From assembly GCA_947177005.1 (NCBI GenBank), contig CAMWSZ010000020.1:1-16528 (forward strand): DNA of 16,528 nt, in the 5' to 3' direction. The position numbers and the translations under genes were made by a program. This DNA is from an uncultured Clostridia bacterium (GTDB lineage: Bacteria > Bacillota > Clostridia > Oscillospirales > Oscillospiraceae). The notes below the pieces were generated by a model. That model did not search any database, was not told where the DNA came from, and saw only the letters and a program-made list of their open reading frames with translations. Below, piece after piece: positions 7,238 through 14,186 of this stretch (positions are counted from its first letter, which is position 1; every line of letters begins with the position of its first letter).

Positions 7238-8013
7238 ATGGTTGTGGTCGGTATGAAATACATAGCAAGCGTGAGCTTTGGCAAAGACTCTTTAGCGATG
7301 CTATTACGGATTATGGAAGAGAAGCTCCCATTGGATATTGTGGTCTTCTACAATACCGGAATGGAGTTTGAAGCGATATACCATATCAGAGACGAGATTA
7401 CTCCTTTGCTGTCCAAACATGGAGTAGAATTTGTGGAATTGCAGCCAGCAGAACCTTTTCTCTACTCTATGCTTGAGCGAAAAGTTGTGAGCAAGCAAAA
7501 GGAGAGCACTTCGGGTATGGGTGGTGCGGCGGGCTTTGCCGATGGGGAACAGCGAAGAAGACGACAGCGATTAAGAAGTTCAAGCAGTCTATCGATGGAG
7601 AGACGGTCGATTATGTCGGCATAGCGGCGGATGAAACAAAGAGATTTGAAAAAGAGAAGTCTCCTCAACGGCGGTTGCCATTAGTCGAGTGGGGTATGAC
7701 AGAAGCAGATTGTCTGCGATATTGTTATGAACATGGCTTTCACTGGATTGAAGAATCTTCCGTTTCCAGTAGCGGATATGTTGACCTGTACGAGATTCTT
7801 GACCGTGTTTCGTGCTGGTGCTGTACAAACAAAAATCTAAAAGAACTCAAGAATATCTACCAATATCTCCCAAAGTATTGGGATAGACTCAAAATACTGC
7901 AACGGAAAATCGAGAGACCGTACAAGGGGTACTATAAAGGAAAGCATCTCGGAGTATTCGAGTTGGAGGAGCGGTTCTCAAAGGAATTGAGGCTGATGAA
8001 TAACAAAGCATAA
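7238..8013 (+). pseudogene. PAPS reductase-like PP-loop protein interrupted by a frameshift near 7497-7501
   Basis: The N-part has the SFGKDS PP-loop. The family motif GYGWCGGLCRWGT..K and the rest (VDYVGIAADE, VEWGMTE, CWCC) lie in the -1 frame, which opens after TGA 7474-7476. Restoring one A in the A4 run (7497-7500) gives ...SKQKGEHFGYGW... Confidence 0.75.
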
Positions 8014-8180
8014 TGAGATGGATTATTAACTACATTCGGTCACTATTTTGTAAACACGAGTGGGAGCTGGTTGGAAAAACATCCTGTTATATCGACTGGT
8101 TCCCAAAAGATATGCCAGTTGGATATATTGTCGTGTATCGCTGCTGGAAATGCGGATATGTCCAAAAAATCAAATATTGA
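8013..8180 (+). CDS. Small Cys-containing prophage protein, 55 aa (DUF1660-like by recollection)
   Basis: ATG overlaps the upstream TAA (TAATG). It contains LFCKHEWE ... YRCWKCGY. It is below the ORF-track cutoff, and the competing minus ORF 8043..8255 has no support. Confidence 0.5.
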   Translation: MRWIINYIRSLFCKHEWELVGKTSCYIDWFPKDMPVGYIVVYRCWKCGYVQKIKY

Positions 8181-8204
8181 GTAAATGGAACAGGAGGAAA
8201 CAAT

Positions 8205-9707
8205 ATGATTCAGTATAATCCGCTGCTCTGCCTGGATTTTTACAAAACCGCCCATGCTGAGCAGTACCCGCAGACGTTGACAAAGATGGTCTCCTACTAT
8301 ACACCGCGTATGACCCGGCTGTCCGACACCGAAAAGGTTACGATGTTCGGTCTCCAGGCGTTTATCAATGAGTATCTTATCGAAGCATTCAACAAATTTT
8401 TCTTCAAGCGTTCCTTTGGGAAGGTGCTTTCGGAGTATAGACGTGTTCTTCTCTCCACGATTGGAACGACCGGAGTGGGAGAAAAACGTTTGAAGGATTT
8501 ATACAAATTAGGATACTTGCCTTTGGAGATTCGGGCTGTTCCGGAAGGCACCCGCACTGACATTAAGGTGCCGCAGATCGAAATCTCCAACACCCACCCG
8601 GATTTCGTATGGCTGGTCAATTCTATTGAGACTATGCTCTCCTGCACTATGTGGCATACTCAGATTTCCGCTGAGGTTGGATACCGCTATCGTAAAATTG
8701 TCAATGAATTTGCCGACCGCACCTGCGAAGACAGCGTTGCTCGGGCATAACTTCTCGGAGATTTCTCCATGCGTGGACAGGAGAGTGTCGAAAGCGCAAC
8801 GAAGAGTTCTGCGGCTTTCTGCCTGAGCTTCCTGAATACGGCTACTGTTCCCGCTATTTTGTGGCTGGAGAGCAACTACGGCTGCAATTGTGCTAAAGAA
8901 CCTGTGGCCTTTGGTGCGCTATCCACGGAACATAGCGTAATGTGTTCTAACTTTGCGATTGATGGCGATGAAATCTCGCATGTCCGCCGCCTGCTGACAG
9001 AGATTTATCCACATCAGAATTTTTCTATGGTCAGCGACAGCTACGACTATTGGGGATTGGTGGATAATATCCTGCCTCAACTTAAGGATGAAATCCTTGC
9101 TCACGATGGATGCCTGTCCATCCGTGGAGACAGCGGAGACCCCGTTGAAGTTGTCACGCAGACAGTGTTCAAACTGTGGGATATCTTTGGAGGCACCGAG
9201 AACAGCAAAGGCTACAAAGTGCTAGACCCGCACGTCAAAGCTTTGTACGGCGACAGCATCACGCCGCAGCGGTGTCGGCAGGTCTATGAAATTCTGGAGA
9301 GTAACGGCTTTGCTATCAATAATGTGGCTTTGGGCGTTGGGTCTTTCTCTATGCAATGTCTGGAGACCATCTGTGATGAAACCGTTCAAAAAGGCGTTCC
9401 GTCCTACGCTCCATATACTCGCGATACCTTTGGCATTGCTGTGAAGGCGACATATGCCGAGGATGCTGATGGAAAGCCAATTATGATCTTCAAAAATCCC
9501 AAGACTGATACCGGACATTTTAAGAAGTCGCAGCGCGGCTGCTGCCGTGTATTCAAAGACGGTGATGTATACACCTACGAGGACGGATTAACTTGGAATG
9601 AGGCTCAGGAAGGCAATGAACTTCGTCTCGTATTCAAAAATGGTGAGTTTATTCAAACATATACATTGGAGGAGGTTCGGCGAAATCTCCACGGGGATCA
9701 GTTCTAA
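8205..9707 (+). pseudogene. nadV: Nicotinamide phosphoribosyltransferase (Nampt/NadV) family gene with an in-frame TAA at 8748-8750. Candidate Namat-like enzyme.
   Basis: ATG follows AGGAGGAAACA. Track ORFs 8205..8750 and 8769..9707 are in the same frame. Family motifs run across the stop: NPLLCLDFYKTAH, (TAA)LLGDFSMRG, STEHS, MVSDSYD, IRGDSGDP, ENSKGYKVL, YGDS, GVGS, LVFKNGEF. Confidence 0.8.
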
Positions 9708-9723
9708 AGAAAGAGGTGTGGAT

Positions 9724-10485
9724 ATGTTAGTTAATGCTAAGCAGACTAAAAATGAGATTGTTCAGTGGATTCGCGACTATTTTGCGGAGAACGGCCCCGA
9801 GTGCAGCGCCGTTGTTGGTATCTCCAGCGGAAAAGACAGCACAATCGTAGCTGCCCTGTGTGTTGAAGCGCTGGGTAGAGACAGGGTTTTCGGCGTGATG
9901 ATGCCAAACGGCGTTCAGTCCGACATCAATGATTCGGTTAATGTCGTCAACGCTCTTGGAATTCCCAATATGAAGGTCAACATCAGTGGCGCATACAGCA
10001 AACTGATGGCTGCTGTCAGTGCTGAACTCGAATGTGATGCCAGCGAACAGACTAAGGTCAACCTCCCGCCTAGGCTTCGTATGGCTACGCTTTATGCAGT
10101 TGCTCAATCCCTTCCCAACGGCGGGCGTGTGGCGAACACTTGTAATATGTCCGAGGATTATGTCGGATATTCTACCAAATTTGGCGACAGTGCGGGGGAC
10201 TTTAGCCCGCTTGCGAACCTTATGGTTCATGAGGTGCGGCAGATCGGATATGAACTGCCGATTCCCATGGAATTGGTAGATAAGACCCCAACGGATGGTC
10301 TGTGCGGCAAGACCGACGAGGATCATCTTGGCTTCACATATGCCCAGCTCGACGACTACATCATGAATGGAACGAGCGGGATCTTGTCTATCGATTCTGC
10401 TATCTATACGATGCACCAGCATAATTTGCATAAGCTGAATCTAATGCCGTCTTTTAGGCCGCAGAAACTGTGTGAAGCCGTCTAA
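9724..10485 (+). CDS. nadE: NH3-dependent NAD+ synthetase, 253 aa
   Basis: ATG 9724 follows AGAGGTG (the track ORF starts upstream at 9598 inside the previous gene). Motifs present: GISSGKDS PP-loop, PPRLRMATLYAVA, NMSEDYVGYSTKFGDSAGDFSPL, KTPTDGL, DEDHLGFTYAQLDDY. There is no glutaminase domain. Confidence 0.85.
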   Translation: MLVNAKQTKNEIVQWIRDYFAENGPECSAVVGISSGKDSTIVAALCVEALGRDRVFGVMMPNGVQSDINDSVNVVNALGIPNMKVNISGAYSKLMAAVSAELECDASEQTKVNLPPRLRMATLYAVAQSLPNGGRVANTCNMSEDYVGYSTKFGDSAGDFSPLANLMVHEVRQIGYELPIPMELVDKTPTDGLCGKTDEDHLGFTYAQLDDYIMNGTSGILSIDSAIYTMHQHNLHKLNLMPSFRPQKLCEAV

Positions 10486-10513
10486 TGTATTAAGAATCGG
10501 AGGAGGTCTTTAG

Positions 10514-10573
10514 ATGGCCAATAAGCACAGCAGGCCAAAATTTTCTCCCATCATCAGCGATTTCGTAAAATGA
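10514..10573 (+). CDS. Possible 19-codon leader ORF translationally coupled to the next gene
   Basis: ATG lies 7 nt after the strong SD GGAGGAGG. The stop overlaps the next start as ATGA. Confidence 0.25.
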   Translation: MANKHSRPKFSPIISDFVK

Positions 10574-10908
10574 TGGAGGAAGCGGCCAAAGATTATGCTT
10601 GGAACTTTGAAGAAGTGGGTCGTATGGATAAGCTTACGCAGGACTACCTTCATAAGCTTGAACTTGACAACCTAAACTACAAAGAGCGGGCCAAAATAGC
10701 AACACAGATCACAAAATGCAGGCAGGCCCGGCGAGCGTGCAAAGATACCGTTGAGGTGCTGAAGCCGCTCGTGGAATTCCTTGAAAGCGACAGGGGCAGG
10801 AATCTATATAACCTGGTACGCGAAGCGCTCGGTAAGACCAGAAAGGTGGAAGAGCGTATGGAAACTCGCGTATACAGACCAAGAGTTCTGAAGGAGGAGT
10901 CTGTATGA
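10570..10908 (+). CDS. Hypothetical protein, 112 aa, charged and helical-looking
   Basis: Long ORF in the co-directional array. It has no SD of its own and is coupled to the 10514 mini-ORF. Confidence 0.6.
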   Translation: MMEEAAKDYAWNFEEVGRMDKLTQDYLHKLELDNLNYKERAKIATQITKCRQARRACKDTVEVLKPLVEFLESDRGRNLYNLVREALGKTRKVEERMETRVYRPRVLKEESV

Positions 10909-11090
10909 ATATTGTTTTCTGGCTTCTCATCGTCATCGTGCTGGTTCTGATCTGGTTCTGCCTTAGCTTTGCCTTTAAGGGCATCGGCGGAATCTGGTTG
11001 AAACTGTACAACGGTGCAAAGAAAGAAATCGAGGGTGATAAGCCCGAAAAATCGAAAGAATGTGAGGATGATTCATCAAATGAAAGGTAA
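10905..11090 (+). CDS. Small membrane protein, 61 aa (one or two TM segments plus a charged tail)
   Basis: ATG overlaps the upstream stop (ATGA) after GAAGGAGGAG. Sequence is IVFWLLIVIVLVLIWFCLSFAF followed by a K/E/D-rich tail. Confidence 0.55.
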   Translation: MNIVFWLLIVIVLVLIWFCLSFAFKGIGGIWLKLYNGAKKEIEGDKPEKSKECEDDSSNER

Positions 11091-11976
11091 AATTGGTGCA
11101 ATTCTGCTGGCGCTGGTCATGGTCTTCGGCCTGATCGGTGCCATTATCTGTCTGGAGCGTGTTCCCGCTGGCTATGTCGGCGTGGTGTACAACATGAACG
11201 GCGGCGTGGATGGAGAGGTGCTGACTCAGGGATGGCATTTGGTCCCTCCGACCAAGAAGATCACTACATACTCAATCGGCATTGAGCAGTCTTATCTGAC
11301 CGCAGAGGATAAGGGAGATTCCAGAGAAGACGAGAGCTTCAGTATTCCTACATCCGACGGCAAGACCGTGCGTGTAAATCTTGAGTTCTCTTATCGTTTT
11401 GACGAAGGCAGCGTGGCGAGTACCTTCGTCACTTTTAAGGGCAAATCAGGCGAGACGATTAAAGACACATTCATCAAGCCGAAGGTTATCGCCTGGACGC
11501 AGGAGGTTTCCGCAAATTATCCGGTCACGGATATTTTTGGTGACAAGCGTACTGCTATCAATGCAGAACTTGATACCTACCTGCGGGAAAAATTTGATGT
11601 CTATGGTATTATCATCGATACGGTGAATTTTACCGACATTTCTGTTGACGCGGAGACAGCGGCTGCTATCCAGAAAAAGGTCACAGCGCAGCAGGAACTG
11701 GAACTGGCAAATATCGAAGCACAAACTGCAAAAATCCAAGCAGAGAAGGATAAGCAGGTTGCCGAGATTGCAGCTCAGCAGGCCATTGTTGAGGCCGAGG
11801 CTGCTGCAGAGGTCGTTCGCATTGAGGCTGAAGCTGAGGCTTCTGCCAATCAGAAGATCGCTGCATCGTTGACGCCAGAGCTGATTGAAAAGATCAAGTA
11901 CGAGCAGTGGAACGGCGTGGTGCCAAAGGTTACTTCATCCAGCGGCACCATTATCGACTTTGACAGTCTCGACTAA
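11080..11976 (+). CDS. SPFH/band-7 (prohibitin/HflC-like) membrane protein, 298 aa
   Basis: ATG 11080 follows GAGGATGA (alternative ATG 11068; the track starts at 11014). N-terminal TM is IGAILLALVMVFGLIGAIICL, then ERVPAGYVGVVYN...GWHLVPP typical of SPFH. The C-terminus is an A/E/Q-rich coiled coil. Confidence 0.8.
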   Translation: MKGKIGAILLALVMVFGLIGAIICLERVPAGYVGVVYNMNGGVDGEVLTQGWHLVPPTKKITTYSIGIEQSYLTAEDKGDSREDESFSIPTSDGKTVRVNLEFSYRFDEGSVASTFVTFKGKSGETIKDTFIKPKVIAWTQEVSANYPVTDIFGDKRTAINAELDTYLREKFDVYGIIIDTVNFTDISVDAETAAAIQKKVTAQQELELANIEAQTAKIQAEKDKQVAEIAAQQAIVEAEAAAEVVRIEAEAEASANQKIAASLTPELIEKIKYEQWNGVVPKVTSSSGTIIDFDSLD

Positions 11977-12040
11977 ACAGTAAACGAACGGCCATAAACT
12001 TGTGCCCCGAGTCGCTTGGCCGTTCTGACCAGACCGTCAT

Positions 12041-12093
12041 AGAAAGCCTTCTTGCCTGTGGAGTTTCCACCACAGTGAGAAGGCTTTCTTTTC
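12041..12093 (+). terminator. Strong rho-independent terminator
   Basis: Outer 12-bp stem AGAAAGCCTTCT/AGAAGGCTTTCT plus inner CTGTGG/CCACAG, followed by TTTTC. It is preceded by a second hairpin, GAACGGCCA...TGGCCGTTC, at 11986..12025. Confidence 0.75.
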
Positions 12094-12112
12094 GTAGAAA
12101 AGGACTGAATAT

Positions 12113-12424
12113 ATGAAAAAAGGGATTATGCAGCGAGATGCAATGCAATCACCCTCTCTGAGTCTGTCTCGAATGAGGAATGACGATGAAAATCCATACC
12201 AGAATCTTGCTAACGCTATTGTCTGCGTTGCGGCAGACGATTACCGCACAGCTTTATCAAACGGGGATAAGCCGCTGCTGTTTAGTCTGCAAAGCTTTTT
12301 TCGTTCGCAGTGGTGTGGGATACTTACCACTATTGATACAGAGTGCCTAATGGACGCTTTACACAAAGAATGCGAAGGGCGGATCGAAAAAGCAGGAGGT
12401 GTGTCTATTGTATGTAAGTATTAG
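12113..12424 (+). CDS. Hypothetical protein, 103 aa
   Basis: ATG lies 8 nt after AAGGA. It is the first gene after the terminator. Confidence 0.55.
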   Translation: MKKGIMQRDAMQSPSLSLSRMRNDDENPYQNLANAIVCVAADDYRTALSNGDKPLLFSLQSFFRSQWCGILTTIDTECLMDALHKECEGRIEKAGGVSIVCKY

Positions 12425-13007
12425 TAAAGGTAATGGAAAATTAGGGGTTATCCAAAGTGTATCCTTTCCATCCGGCATAACTTGCAGACAATGTGACTGC
12501 ATTAAGAAATGCTATGCACACAGAATAGAGCGTCTCCGACAAAATGTGGAGGCGGCGTATCAATCAAATCTGCGCGTATTGACCGAACAGCCGGATATCT
12601 ATTGGCGGGAAGTCGAAGCGGCTATTATGCTGTCTCGATTCTTCCGCTTTCATGTTTCCGGAGATATCCCTAATGAAATATACCTTTATCAAATGGTTGC
12701 GGTTGCAGAACGGAATATGCACTGCGAAATTTTGTGCTTTACAAAAAGGTTCGAGTTTGTTAATGAACTTTTTATGCGTGGAATTGCTGTCCCTAAGAAT
12801 CTGCATATCATTTTTAGCGCATGGCCAGGACTGGAAATGAGCAACCCGTATAATCTGCCTGAAGCCCATGTCAGGTTTCGGGACAAGACTACTACGGCGA
12901 GGGTAGACGCAAAGGAATGTAACGGAAACTGTACAGAGTGCGCAATAACGGATGGCGGATGCTGGTCTCTGGGGCTTGGAGAACAAGTTGTGTTTAATGA
13001 ACACTAG
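12399..13007 (+). CDS. Cys-rich phage protein, GP88-like by recollection
   Basis: Start is GTG 12399 or, more likely, TTG 12408 (8 nt after GGAGG). The N-terminus reads GNGKLG..SFPSGITCRQCDCIKKCYA and a C-terminal cluster reads CNGNCTECAITDGGCW. Confidence 0.6.
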   Translation: MCLLYVSISKGNGKLGVIQSVSFPSGITCRQCDCIKKCYAHRIERLRQNVEAAYQSNLRVLTEQPDIYWREVEAAIMLSRFFRFHVSGDIPNEIYLYQMVAVAERNMHCEILCFTKRFEFVNELFMRGIAVPKNLHIIFSAWPGLEMSNPYNLPEAHVRFRDKTTTARVDAKECNGNCTECAITDGGCWSLGLGEQVVFNEH

Positions 13008-13027
13008 GGGAGATTAGGAGGAATTTT

Positions 13028-13387
13028 ATGACTTTCTCTCAGTTTGAAGAGCTGGCAAATAATGGCGTGATTGTTGAATGCAAGACGGTTCTTCAAAGAA
13101 GGAATGTTCTTGAATTATTTCAAGAAATGGGATTTGAGGCTGGTGCCGCCTCTAAAGCCCACCTTGTCTTGGATGTAGAAGAAGACAAAGATACCAGATT
13201 TATGCACCCTGGCGTTAATGCCAACTCAAGACGTGTATCATGCTACAGAAAATTTGATGAAGCTCGAAGCACAATAGGCCATGGTGTTTACTACCAGGAT
13301 ATTGCAAATCTTGCTGAGAACCCGAGATTATTAGATGATCGAAGTGATGAAGAGTTCTTAAAAGATTTCGCACTGCTAATCCAATAG
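13028..13387 (+). CDS. Hypothetical protein, 119 aa
   Basis: ATG follows TAGGAGGAA. The C-terminal SDEEFLKDFALLIQ resembles the tails of the 2417/2773/3311 products. Confidence 0.6.
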   Translation: MTFSQFEELANNGVIVECKTVLQRRNVLELFQEMGFEAGAASKAHLVLDVEEDKDTRFMHPGVNANSRRVSCYRKFDEARSTIGHGVYYQDIANLAENPRLLDDRSDEEFLKDFALLIQ

Positions 13388-13508
13388 CATCCTGCGCGGT
13401 AAGGAGATAGCAAACAGGAGGTGTGGGCAGATATCGGAAAGAGATAAGAAGAGCAGAATTGAACTATTTGACACTTATGGTATTCTCTGTATTGGTACAG
13501 CGGAGTTT

Positions 13509-13955
13509 TTGTTTGATTTAGATAATCTCGCCTTGATTGAAAGCCGCAGCTGGTATCGGGATAAAGACGGGTATCTTGTGAGCTGCTACTTCTATAACGG
13601 AAAACGGCGGTTAGTTCGTTATCACAGAATTGTGTTAAATGCCAAGCCTGGACAATTTGTTGACCATATCAATAAGAACCGGGCCGACAATCGAAAATGC
13701 AATCTGCGATGCTGCAATCGAGATGAGAACGATCGAAACCGCAGTATTTATTCTACCAATACCTCCGGAGTAACCGGAGTTTACTTTGATAGGCAGCGCA
13801 ACCAATGGGCGGCAAGTATCTCATATAACAAAAAAAGAATGCTTATTGGCCGGTTTGTAGCGAAAGAAGATGCGATCAAAGCTCGCCTTGAAAAGGAGGC
13901 AGAGCTGTTCAAAGAGTTTGCCCCACAAACGGCATTGTGGAGCATAGCGGATTAG
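13509..13955 (+). CDS. HNH endonuclease with a C-terminal AP2-type DNA-binding domain (free-standing, homing-endonuclease-like)
   Basis: YHRIVLNAKPGQFVDHINKNRADNRKCNLRCC is the HNH_3 motif. SGVTGVYFDRQRNQWAASISYNKKRMLIGRFVAKEDAIKAR is AP2-like. The track start is TTG 13509, but the frame is open from 13380 (see findings). Confidence 0.8.
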   Translation: MFDLDNLALIESRSWYRDKDGYLVSCYFYNGKRRLVRYHRIVLNAKPGQFVDHINKNRADNRKCNLRCCNRDENDRNRSIYSTNTSGVTGVYFDRQRNQWAASISYNKKRMLIGRFVAKEDAIKARLEKEAELFKEFAPQTALWSIAD

Positions 13956-13967
13956 GAGTAGTTCCGT

Positions 13968-14147
13968 ATGGAAATTTTGAAACCTTGTCCTTTTTGCAGC
14001 AGTAAAGCAAGACTGTTTACAGCTTTTGGAACCATAGTAGAATGTGAAAAATGTGGAGCAAAAATATACGATTTTACAGAAGAAAAAGCGATCAAAAAAT
14101 GGAACAGAAGGGTGATTGTAGATATCGCAAGCAGCCGTAAAAGCTGA
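13968..14147 (+). CDS. lar: Lar-family restriction alleviation protein-like, 59 aa
   Basis: It is below the ORF-track cutoff. ATG follows TAGGAGTAG. MEILKPCPFCSSKA...VECEKCGA...EEKAIKKWNRR matches the Lar pattern CPFCG..C..CG...eA...WNrR. Confidence 0.65.
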   Translation: MEILKPCPFCSSKARLFTAFGTIVECEKCGAKIYDFTEEKAIKKWNRRVIVDIASSRKS

Positions 14148-14186
14148 TACGTCCCCTATGTTTGCAAGAATACACTGAAAACAAGG

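Noticed and set aside
7238-8013. PAPS-reductase-like protein as the missing NMN/NaMN adenylyltransferase
   Set aside because: The fold family (PP-loop ATP pyrophosphatase) differs from HxGH nucleotidyltransferases, and such genes are common in phages outside NAD contexts. It is mentioned only as a speculative association.
8043-8255. 70-aa minus-strand ORF between the PAPS-reductase-like and Nampt-like genes
   Set aside because: The + strand 55-codon ORF 8013..8180 is coupled to the upstream stop and has a CKHEW...CWKCG pattern. The minus ORF would also overlap the Nampt-like start.
8748-8750. TAA stop-codon reassignment or suppression linked to the nearby odd tRNA
   Set aside because: TAA, TGA and TAG all terminate well-supported genes in this window (for example TAA at 6264-6266, 7094-7096, 9705-9707 and 10483-10485). 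No reading of the tRNA-like anticodon loop gives UUA. A plain nonsense mutation or sequencing error is the simpler explanation.
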